Shown here in pieces: positions 25,013 through 32,310 of a stretch of 32,310 bases of DNA. Under the pieces are notes generated by a model. The model saw only the letters and a program-made list of their open reading frames with translations, ran no database searches and was not told where the DNA came from. The translations under genes were made by a program, and so were the position numbers. This DNA is from Tepidisphaeraceae bacterium (GTDB lineage: Bacteria; Planctomycetota; Phycisphaerae; Tepidisphaerales; Tepidisphaeraceae). Position 1 is the stretch's first letter; every line of letters begins with the position of its first letter. The stretch covers positions 1 through 32,310 of the forward strand of contig JBEKXM010000001.1 in assembly GCA_049512115.1 (NCBI GenBank). Direction: 5' to 3'.

Positions 25013-26514
25013 CCGGCCTCCGACGGGGAATCCGCGTCTCCATTATTGTCGCGGCGCTTGCGCGGGGAGGGAGCGCGCGACGCCAGGCGAATCGAGGGCG
25101 GCGGCGGCACGATGGATCTCATGTCCCCGGCCTGTCTCCGCGGCCCGGCGGCGGGCTTGGGCGACGAAGGCCCCGGCTTTGCAGGTGCCGCCGCGGGCTT
25201 TGCCGGTTGAGCATCCGGTTGCGACGGTGCGCTGGCTCCGCGGATCGCCGCCAAGCTCCTTGGCGCCGCCCGTGGCGACAGTGCCGAGGCCACCGGCGCC
25301 GTCGAACGCGTGATAACCTTCGGCGCGATCGCCACAAAGCGGCGGTCAATTTGCTCCACGAATATCTGGTCCAGAATCCAACCCACCAGCAATATCATCA
25401 GAAACGCCGGAACCAGCATGATCAGCCCCACGAACTGGTGGGCGAAATTCTCGGAAAGGGAATGGCTGACGTAGCGATCCAAAAGTCCCTGGCCGGAGAC
25501 TCTCATCACGTTGCAGGAGATGGCGATGGGAACGGCGAACAGCACCACGATGATTTTCTGCCAGAGCGGCCTGCTCGACAAAAACGCCACCGCCGCCGCA
25601 ACGGATATGAACGTCATGAGCGAGCGCATTCCGGCGCAGGCCTCGGCGACGTTGAGGGTCCGCCAGTTCCCGTCGCCGCCGACCATCGAGATTTTCGTCC
25701 CCCCGACGGACGCCTCGACGCCGGTCAGTTGCAACGTCCAGACGGCGACGTTGGCGGCGAGTTGCTGAAGGGGTCCGGCGACTTTGCTGTAGACCAGTCC
25801 CGGCCATGGCAGCCCGCAAACCAGAAATGAGATGGGAAACCACGCCACCTTCATGACGCTCCACCCGCTCAGCGCCAGGACCACGCCGAACAGCGTGATC
25901 ACCATTCCCAAGTCCTTCATAAAATCGTTTTGGCCGGGGAAGATGGCGTACTGGAACACGGCGATGCCGAAAAGCACGATGAAGCCGCCGAACCAACCCG
26001 CGGAGTGCTCGTCGGCGCGCAGCGCGAGCGAATCCGAGTGGCTCAAGAGGCGCCACAGCAATGGTGCGGCGATGATCGCGGCGCTGACGGCGGCGACGTA
26101 CAGAAATACCCTGCGGGCCTCCTCGTAGACCAAACCAAGCGGCAACGCCGCGGCCAGGGCCAGCAGCGCCCATACCCGCAGCTCGATTTGACGTCGAGTG
26201 GGCTGCGCTGATGAGCCTCCATGCAGCAGCTTTTCACGATTCACGTACAGGTAATAAAGCCCGATCACCGGGATGCAGATTGCGTGTCCCCAATTCGCCT
26301 CCCCATAGAAGGGATTGGTCTTGTCCCAGAGCCGGCGGAGGTTCGGCCAGAACAATGCGCTGAACAGCGCGGTGATCACCGCGATCTGAATCCAGACCGA
26401 ACGCTTGAGTCCGCAAACAACCGGGTCGGCCAGGGAATCCAGCGCATCCGGGGGGACCTGGCCCGTCAGGACGGCATCACCGTTATCCACGTCGTTGATT
26501 TGCGTCTGGCTCAT
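25009..26514 (-). CDS. exosortase (EpsH/Xrt family) with a ~110-aa Pro/Ala-rich C-terminal tail
   Basis: ORF track 25009..26538 (GTG). I prefer ATG 26514. Polytopic membrane protein. NVAEACAGMRSLM carries the catalytic Cys (track residue 301, nt 25636-25638). CNVMRV supplies the conserved Arg, with His downstream. The tail runs from about residue 400: RSTAPVASALSPRAAPRS...AKPAAAPAKPGPSSPKPAAGP... Confidence 0.9.
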   Translation of the reverse strand: MSQTQINDVDNGDAVLTGQVPPDALDSLADPVVCGLKRSVWIQIAVITALFSALFWPNLRRLWDKTNPFYGEANWGHAICIPVIGLYYLYVNREKLLHGGSSAQPTRRQIELRVWALLALAAALPLGLVYEEARRVFLYVAAVSAAIIAAPLLWRLLSHSDSLALRADEHSAGWFGGFIVLFGIAVFQYAIFPGQNDFMKDLGMVITLFGVVLALSGWSVMKVAWFPISFLVCGLPWPGLVYSKVAGPLQQLAANVAVWTLQLTGVEASVGGTKISMVGGDGNWRTLNVAEACAGMRSLMTFISVAAAVAFLSSRPLWQKIIVVLFAVPIAISCNVMRVSGQGLLDRYVSHSLSENFAHQFVGLIMLVPAFLMILLVGWILDQIFVEQIDRRFVAIAPKVITRSTAPVASALSPRAAPRSLAAIRGASAPSQPDAQPAKPAAAPAKPGPSSPKPAAGPRRQAGDMRSIVPPPPSIRLASRAPSPRKRRDNNGDADSPSEAG

Positions 26515-26702
26515 GCGACAAGGCTGCCAAGGCGCCACGCCGGCGCCTTCTAAACATCGCCTGCCGGACTTTTACGCCCGGCTTGGGCGGCAGGTTCGAT
26601 CCACCATCCCCGAATCCAACTATTGCGGCATCGGAACTTTATGCTGCACGATTAAGGTTTTGATTAAACCTTCCGCAATATCGGACTAACCGCCATCCAT
26701 CC

Positions 26703-28130
26703 CTAGAAAGCATTGGGACCATTGTAAAAGTTTCTATCGTAAGCCCAACTCGCACCATAACTTATACGAAACGAGTTACGCACTGCCGCGAGAAACGGAG
26801 CAATAAAATGCGTGCCAACGTAAACAACGTCGTTGGGTTTCAAATAAATATCCGGCTCGTCAAGCGCCAGAATCTTGTCCAGGCGCACCCGAACGCAGAC
26901 TTCGCGATTGGTGCCGATCCGGCGAACGACCTCGGCTCTAAACGGCATGGCGTACTCGTCCGCCCCGCCGGCCGCCACCCACGCCTGCTTGAGCGTCACG
27001 TCCATGCCCGTCAGGCCGAAAACACCGGGACGGGCAACGTGGCCTCCCACGTAATAAACGCCCGTGACCGGCTCCGGCACAATGATCATGTCGCCGGGAC
27101 GGATCACGACGTTGTATTTCAGTTCCCCGTACTGCCTCAATTGATCGATCGGCACGCGGATGATCCGCATATCGGTCGGGGCTTCCACATCGTCGAACTT
27201 AAAGACCTGTGGCGACTGTGGAGGCATGGCCTTCCCCTGTGGAGGCACGACGTTGTCCATCGCGATCGTCCGCTGGGTCGGCGCGGGAGGATTGGCCCGG
27301 CCCTGCGGGCCGGCGGGATTCGTCGGCGGCGGAACAAGCAGGTTCCCGGGCGCCGTCGTCGGCGCCTCGGGAGTCGTCGGCGCCTCGTGAGTCGGCGGCG
27401 GAGCAAATATGTCCGCGGGCGCCGTCGTCGGCAGGTTCGGCTGCGGCGCCGGCGGCGAAATGACCCCGGGCTGCGTGCCCGGCTCCGCCGCCTTCCGAAT
27501 GATGTACGCATACGGCACGCCAATGGCCACCGCCGGAGAATGCGAAGTCACCATCGCATCGAGCATCCTGAAATCGGGCTTGGTGATCTGATACTCCCCC
27601 GCCGCGCCAACGTTGCCCTGAATGCTGAAGGTCCTCGCCCGCGCCTCGGCCACGGTCACCGAAACCCGCGCTTTGCGGATCAGGTTTGCCTCTTCGTAGG
27701 CCTTGGAAACCGCCTGCTCCAACTCCCGCTCGGTCAATCCAGCCGCCTTGACCGGCGAAACGAACGGGAGGCTGATCATCCCGGTCTCCGTCACCCGCAC
27801 CGTCTTGACCTGCTCGCCCGTTCCTTCGCCCAGCAAATCAAAAATCGACACGCTCACCAAGTCGTTGGGACCAAGCTTGTAATCCGAAATGTCGGGAACG
27901 AGATCGGCCGGCTCGATATCGGTCGCCGACGCGAAAGCCGTGGTCGGCTCTTCGATGCCGTTGGCCAGCGTGTCCAGCACCGGAACGATCAGTGGCTTCG
28001 ATTTGTCGTTATCGGGAGAGACTATTTTGGGTTCGCCGGGATTGAGGAAATCGTTTATGAAGGGCCCGTCGCAGCCGGTCAACAGCCCGCTCAGCGCCAC
28101 CCACGCCACCACCGTAAACGCCCGGCCCAT
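26703..28130 (-). CDS. Wza-like polysaccharide export lipoprotein (Poly_export + SLBB) with a Pro-rich insertion
   Basis: ORF track 26703..28163 (TTG). ATG 28130 gives MGRAFTVVAWVALSGLLTGC (lipobox LTGC). YKLGPNDLVSVSIFDL...TGMISLPFVSPVKAAGLTERELEQ is the Poly_export motif. VVIRPGDMIIVPE is SLBB-like. The ~95-aa insert is encoded at about 27207..27488. Confidence 0.85.
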   Translation of the reverse strand: MGRAFTVVAWVALSGLLTGCDGPFINDFLNPGEPKIVSPDNDKSKPLIVPVLDTLANGIEEPTTAFASATDIEPADLVPDISDYKLGPNDLVSVSIFDLLGEGTGEQVKTVRVTETGMISLPFVSPVKAAGLTERELEQAVSKAYEEANLIRKARVSVTVAEARARTFSIQGNVGAAGEYQITKPDFRMLDAMVTSHSPAVAIGVPYAYIIRKAAEPGTQPGVISPPAPQPNLPTTAPADIFAPPPTHEAPTTPEAPTTAPGNLLVPPPTNPAGPQGRANPPAPTQRTIAMDNVVPPQGKAMPPQSPQVFKFDDVEAPTDMRIIRVPIDQLRQYGELKYNVVIRPGDMIIVPEPVTGVYYVGGHVARPGVFGLTGMDVTLKQAWVAAGGADEYAMPFRAEVVRRIGTNREVCVRVRLDKILALDEPDIYLKPNDVVYVGTHFIAPFLAAVRNSFRISYGASWAYDRNFYNGPNAF

Positions 28131-28345
28131 GATTCTGCCGCCCGAGTTTGAAGACAAACGCAAGACGCGCTCCTTTCCAACTGTTCCCTATCGATGCCGT
28201 TCCCGCCCACTTTGGCGCTTCTCGCCATCCATCTGAGGCGGAGTCATCCAAAAGGTGGAGAGAATCTTGCAAGAAAAAAGGGCTTTTGGCAAGCATCCCG
28301 ACCGGCATTCGGCGACTCTTTTCTCGCATCACGTCTGTTTTCGCA

Positions 28346-29869
28346 TCATGCCAGCCGTCGAAACTGCCTTTTGACCGCGGGGGGAACGGCCCCCCGCCGT
28401 ACCTTCACGGCATCGGAAGGCAAATGTTTCAGCAAAAATCGCGGCCGATCGCTGCGTCCGCCGCGTTGATAGTCCCGCCAGACCGCCTCGGCCGTCCCCC
28501 TGGCGTCTTGCCCCAATTCCCCCGTGAGAAATTCGAATAGCAACTCCGCCAGATGGTGGAGGGAGATGCCATGATTCTTCCCGGCCCGGGAAAAAATCCA
28601 ATCACTGAAGCGCAAAAATCGCGCAAACGGCGCGGCGTCGCGCCAGATCAGCGGCGATGATTCCAGGAAATTGCCGCTGTTAGATACCAGGTCCCAATAC
28701 CGGGCGAACCGGCGCAGCCGCTGCATGGTCGCGAAGTCGATTGCCCCGGTCTGCAACACCTCATAGGGAGGCGAGGGGCTGTAGACCATTTTCCATTCCC
28801 GGTCGTGCCGGGCGATCGGCGTGCCCCGCAGCCGCTTCAGCAAACCGACTTGAATCTCCTGCGGACCCAATCCAACCAACCGGTCGAACCCCGCCGCGAA
28901 ACTTTCCAAATCCTCGCCCGGCAAGCCGACGATCAGGTCGGCATGAACGTGCACGCCGGTCTGTTCTCTCAGGAACGTCAGGTTCTCCTCGGCCCGGCGG
29001 GCGTCCTGCCGGCGGCTGATCCGCCGGCAAACGTCCGGATTGAAACTCTGGATCCCCACCTCGAACTGCAACGCTCCGGGGGGAAAAAGCCGAATCGCTT
29101 CCCGCAGCCCCTCCGGCAATCGATCCGGAATCATCTCGAAATGCAAAAATAGCCCCGGCTCATACCGCTTCCAGAAAAAATCCAGGATCGCCCGGCCGAT
29201 TTGAACGTTCAGATTGAACGTCCGATCGACGAACTTGAATCGCCGCAGCCCACGATCCAGCAATCGGCCCATCGCCGGCAGAAAATCCTCCAGCGGTACG
29301 TTGCGCACCGGAACGTCCAGCGACGACAAACAGAATTCGCACGAGAACGGACAGCCGCGCGACGCCTCGACGTACACCACGCGATGCGCCAAATCACGGT
29401 CGTCGTAAAGATCATAAGGCAACTTCAGGCGCGAGAAATCCGGCAATTCCGCGGGTAATACATGCGCCGGCGGCCGCAGGCCGGACAAAATCTCCTCGCA
29501 CATCCGGGCGAACGCCAGATCGGCTTCGCCCGTGATGACGTAATCCGCCAACCGGCAAATCTCCTGCTCATCCACTTCGTGACTCACCTCCGGCCCGCCA
29601 AGGATGACGACAACGTCCGGCCGCAAGCGCTTCAGTTCCGCGACGATCTGCGTCGCGGGGGTGACGTTCCAGATGTAAATCCCCATCCCGACGATCCGCG
29701 GATTCTCGGCCAGGATCGCCTCGACCAAGTCGGTCGGCTTTTGATTGATCTCGAACTCCAGGATGCCGGCGCGGTGGCGCAACGGACCAAGGTTGGCCAG
29801 GAGATACCGCAACCCGAACGCCGCATGGGCGTATTTGGCGTTGAGGGTGGAAAGAAGAATGTCCGGCAT
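28346..29869 (-). CDS. B12-binding-domain radical SAM protein (DUF4080-type C-terminus)
   Basis: ORF track 28346..29956. I prefer ATG 29869 ([27 protein letters not shown], the usual N-terminus of this family). The upstream 29 codons run through the heptad repeat. [14 protein letters not shown] is the CxxxCxxC radical-SAM cluster. Confidence 0.85.
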   Translation of the reverse strand: MPDILLSTLNAKYAHAAFGLRYLLANLGPLRHRAGILEFEINQKPTDLVEAILAENPRIVGMGIYIWNVTPATQIVAELKRLRPDVVVILGGPEVSHEVDEQEICRLADYVITGEADLAFARMCEEILSGLRPPAHVLPAELPDFSRLKLPYDLYDDRDLAHRVVYVEASRGCPFSCEFCLSSLDVPVRNVPLEDFLPAMGRLLDRGLRRFKFVDRTFNLNVQIGRAILDFFWKRYEPGLFLHFEMIPDRLPEGLREAIRLFPPGALQFEVGIQSFNPDVCRRISRRQDARRAEENLTFLREQTGVHVHADLIVGLPGEDLESFAAGFDRLVGLGPQEIQVGLLKRLRGTPIARHDREWKMVYSPSPPYEVLQTGAIDFATMQRLRRFARYWDLVSNSGNFLESSPLIWRDAAPFARFLRFSDWIFSRAGKNHGISLHHLAELLFEFLTGELGQDARGTAEAVWRDYQRGGRSDRPRFLLKHLPSDAVKVRRGAVPPAVKRQFRRLA

Positions 29870-29903
29870 TCCGGCTGGGAAGTATAAGCGATCGGACGGG
29901 GGA

Positions 29904-29951
29904 GATTGCCGATTGCCGATTTCCAATTGCCGATTGGAAGAGGGCGGAGCC
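29904..29951 (+). repeat. 5x heptad repeat element, copy B
   Basis: GATTGCC GATTGCC GATTTCC AATTGCC GATTGGA (29904-29938), then cggagcc. It lies 35 nt upstream of the radical-SAM ATG, in the same orientation as copy A. Confidence 0.8.
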
Positions 29952-30437
29952 GGCAATTACGTCTACTCTCCCATGGATAAGCTGTTACGCGCGAATTTGA
30001 CACATTTTACACTTTTCAATGCGCAGTTGGCGCCCGGTAGCTCTTATCAATCAACATAACATCTTATTATAAATGCACTTATGAGTTCGAGCTATTGGGT
30101 TCATCGCGATTGGACAAGCTGAAAGCGCCAAATTTGATCAAATGTTGCGACGGCCGAGGCGATTCCTGGATTCAATCTTGTCCGCGATGTGGCGGCGGGC
30201 CGACGAGCCAGAGTTTGTCGCCTCCGACGAGGGCGGTGCCGTCGGGGAGGAGGTTGACGGTCCAAACGCCGGGCGCGGCCCCGCGTGAGCCGCCGACGGG
30301 GAACAACCCGCGCGTTTTCTTCCAAAGAGGCCCGAAACGCCAAAGGCGGCAGACCAAACCCATGGAAAAGAGCCACGTCCAACTTTAATCAATCCGGAGC
30401 ACTTTCCACATCAGGGGTGCGGCGTTAAGACAGCTAT

Positions 30438-31607
30438 ATGCCTATTCCCGGGGCTGGAGTATTTCGGCGGATGGGGACCTTCGTTTTGTCGCTGTTCTTA
30501 TTTTCAGCAGCCCAGGCTTCCTCGGGTGCGCCGGCCACACGGCCTGCCCTTGCAGAATTTAAGATCGAAGGTTCAAACCACATGATTACCATTCCCGTTG
30601 TTTGGAAGGGTAAACAGCAGTGCTTTTTATTGGATACCGGATTTATGTTCAGTGTTATGGACTCCACAGCATTTCCCGATTTGCAGGATACTGGGAATTC
30701 GATGGATGTGAAGACTCTCGCGGGGGGTACCACAACCTTTGAACTGTGTAATCCTCCCCATCTAGATATTAACCCCATACGAATAAGTGATGCGCTTGTG
30801 GGCCGGCAGGATTTGGCAAACCTTAGGGCTGCTTTGGATCGTCCGATTATCGGTATTCTTGGGGTAGTCGCATTACGCGATTTCGTTGTGCAAATAGACT
30901 TCGATGAAAACCGCCTGCGGTTTTTCCGGCCGGACTCTTTGCCCCATCCCGAGTGGGGCACGCAAATACCCATCGAGTCCAACGGTCTTACCCCGGCCAT
31001 TAATCTGGAAATCTTAGATCAGCATGTTGTATTTAACATAGACACCGGATGCAACGGTGGTGTGGAACTGCCCTCTGCCCTCTTCGATAGCGTGCAGCGG
31101 TCGGTCAACGCGGCCATTGATTCAGATCCGTTAACTGTGATCCAACGAACCATAAACTCACGGAAAATGCGGGTGCCGACATTTGAAATCGCCAACATGC
31201 GATATCGCGATATCTTGATTGACGAAACGAAAACCGATGTCGGCTCTCTGAGCTTGAACTTCCTTTCGCGCCACATGGTAACGATTGATTTCCCTAATCT
31301 GCGATTGTATTTGAAGCCCGGCAAGCAATTTTCTCGGCACGACGAGGACGGCATGAGCGGCCTGCACATTCTCCGTCCGACATCCCAAACCGTGGCGGAT
31401 ATTGTGGACAAGGATAGCCCCGCCTACGAGGCCGGAATTCGGGATGGCGACATCCTCCTTACAGTGAACCAGAGACCGGCCGGGGAGTACGATATTGAAG
31501 ACCTGCGCGATCTATTGCAATCGCAGGACGGCAAAGAGGTTACGGTTACATACCGCCGCGGTGATACGACCAAAACCGTGGCTTTCAAGCTCCGGCGTAA
31601 GATTTGA
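30438..31607 (+). CDS. secreted two-lobed retropepsin-like aspartic protease with C-terminal PDZ domain
   Basis: 389 aa. Signal MPIPGAGVFRRMGTFVLSLFLFSAAQA. Two D-T-G motifs: LLDTG (nt 30633-30641) and NIDTG (nt 31041-31049). C-terminal GLHILRPTSQTVADIVDKDSPAYEAGIRDGDILLTVNQRP is PDZ-like. GC is visibly lower (~50% by eye). Confidence 0.8.
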   Translation: MPIPGAGVFRRMGTFVLSLFLFSAAQASSGAPATRPALAEFKIEGSNHMITIPVVWKGKQQCFLLDTGFMFSVMDSTAFPDLQDTGNSMDVKTLAGGTTTFELCNPPHLDINPIRISDALVGRQDLANLRAALDRPIIGILGVVALRDFVVQIDFDENRLRFFRPDSLPHPEWGTQIPIESNGLTPAINLEILDQHVVFNIDTGCNGGVELPSALFDSVQRSVNAAIDSDPLTVIQRTINSRKMRVPTFEIANMRYRDILIDETKTDVGSLSLNFLSRHMVTIDFPNLRLYLKPGKQFSRHDEDGMSGLHILRPTSQTVADIVDKDSPAYEAGIRDGDILLTVNQRPAGEYDIEDLRDLLQSQDGKEVTVTYRRGDTTKTVAFKLRRKI

Positions 31608-31705
31608 CCCGAACAATAGGGCCGTTCAAGATTTCTGCCGCCGCGACCAAATGAATTGGACCGCGGATTGCCCAGCGCGGCGTACCCGCAACCAAAAAGA
31701 GATAT

Positions 31706-31797
31706 CGCGCGGAGGCGCAGTGGCGCGGAGAAGAGAAAAGATGGGTCAAATTGCCCCCCTCAATTCTCCGCGCCTCCGCGCGAACTTTTTCTTTTGG
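31706..31797. terminator. long bulged hairpin with flanking A- and T-tracts (bidirectional terminator candidate between convergent genes)
   Basis: cgcgcggaggcg (31706-31717) plus gcgcggagaa (31723-31732) pair with ttctccgcgc (31764-31773) plus ctccgcgcg (31774-31782). Followed by tttttctttt and preceded by accaaaaaga. Confidence 0.55.
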
Positions 31798-31865
31798 GAT
31801 TAGGTTGTGGGCAAAGCCAACTCCAGGCCTCTGCGCGAGCTTCGATTTCGATGTTGGCGGTCCTT

Positions 31866-32310
31866 TTATCGTCGGCGAAGCCAAGCAGCGCCGGCGGTGG
31901 CGGCGGCGCGACGATTCGGTAACTCCACCGGGTCGAGCGTGATCCAGCCGTGATAGGCGGCGGCTTCCAAATCGGATAGCAAGCGCGGCCAGTTCACGGA
32001 GCCGGTTCCAATCACGGCGGGCTTGGTGCGGTGGTCGGGGCCGGCGATGGCGTCGCGGGCTCGAACGTGGCGGATTTGCTGGCCGAGATGGGAAATGATT
32101 TCGTCGGTGCTCCAATCGTCTTTGAGGATGGCGACCGGATCGAGATCGAGGCCGAACCAGGGACAGGCGGCGATTTTTAGCGCGCGGTCGAGAGTGGCGA
32201 AGGCGGCCAATTCGCTGCGGAAAGCGATCGTCACGCCGTGGCGATCGGCGCGGCGGGCGAGTTCGGATAGGGCGGAATCCATCAGTTGATCGGTGGGAAT
32301 CGGGCCGAGG
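31866..32310 (-). CDS. sugar phosphate isomerase/epimerase (xylose isomerase-like TIM barrel), C-terminal part; gene runs off the right edge
   Basis: The track ORF 31866..32282 stays open upstream to the window edge (LGPIPTDQLMDSAL...). IRHVRARDAIAG...VIGTGSVNWPRLLSDLEAAAYHGWITLDPVE matches the HxKD...G.G.idw...L...gY.G.l.lE pattern of this fold. Confidence 0.7.
   Translation of the reverse strand, partial: LGPIPTDQLMDSALSELARRADRHGVTIAFRSELAAFATLDRALKIAACPWFGLDLDPVAILKDDWSTDEIISHLGQQIRHVRARDAIAGPDHRTKPAVIGTGSVNWPRLLSDLEAAAYHGWITLDPVELPNRRAAATAGAAWLRRR

Noticed and set aside
26808-28151. 447-aa plus-strand ORF antisense to the Wza-like gene
   Set aside because: Extremely Arg-rich (RRRRR runs), which mirrors the Pro-rich insert on the other strand. 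This is a compositional artefact.
28261-28345. Possible third, weaker copy (reverse strand) of the 1484/2644 upstream motif ahead of the Wza-like gene (gcgaaaacagac...gcaagatt)
   Set aside because: Only short patches match (aaaacaga, gcaagatt), and gaps are needed to align them. I cannot distinguish this from chance by eye.
30095-30392. Overlapping 60-97-aa ORFs on both strands. The 63-aa minus ORF at 30172..30363 (…FPVGGSRGAAPGVWTVNLLPDGTALVGGDKLWLVG…) looks faintly like a beta-propeller blade.
   Set aside because: They are short and mutually overlapping, with no start context and no confident motif. At most this is a gene relic and is not callable.
1-32310. Scan for CRISPR arrays, rRNA, intact tRNA or tmRNA, intact transposases or integrases, and toxin-antitoxin or known defence-system gene pairs
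   Set aside because: I found no regularly spaced direct repeats with unique spacers, no rRNA-like segments, no complete tRNA fold, and no intact recombinase or defence gene. Only the fragments reported above are present.

Overview
High-GC (about 60-65% by eye) bacterial chromosomal window with hallmarks of a PVC-group genome (Planctomycetota/Verrucomicrobiota-like): a prepilin-type pseudopilin, an LE-x-RRLL leader and several PEP-CTERM proteins. All domain calls come from reading motifs by eye. No database or HMM search was run.

Layout:
- 0-1.3 kb (- strand): pseudopilin-like gene, then an edge-truncated secreted protein.
- 1.7-7.3 kb (+ strand): three tandem PEP-CTERM cargo genes. Two share a roughly 220-aa N-terminal domain I cannot name. 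One carries dockerin-like repeats, and one carries autotransporter-associated beta-strand repeats.
- 7.9-9.5 kb (-): 525-aa secreted protein of unknown function.
- 9.5-10.1 kb: repeat-rich non-coding stretch holding an orphan copy of a PEP-CTERM gene 3' end, flanked by 40-bp nested palindromes.
- 10.1-12.0 kb: decayed mobile-element remnant (Lhr-like helicase tail, DUF932 core, small HTH ORFs) ending at a tRNA-Val(UAC) 3' half.
- 12.06-13.98 kb (+): glnK-amtB.
- 14-30 kb (all - strand): B12/radical-SAM, Wza-like exporter, exosortase, EpsI, 1548-aa TPR protein, fused Wzz/BY-kinase, GH20-like hydrolase, gpsA.
- 30.4-31.6 kb (+): lower-GC aspartic-protease/PDZ gene.
- Right edge (-): partial sugar-phosphate isomerase-like gene.

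Most interesting:
- The lean, non-canonical exosortase operon. It has no glycosyltransferase, Wzx/Wzy or regulator in the window, a radical-SAM gene at its head, a giant TPR protein, and Pro/Ala-rich insertions in three consecutive envelope proteins.
- Direct copies of a 5x heptad repeat element bracket that operon exactly.
- The unnamed paralogous cargo domain.
- The decayed island beside a tRNA half.
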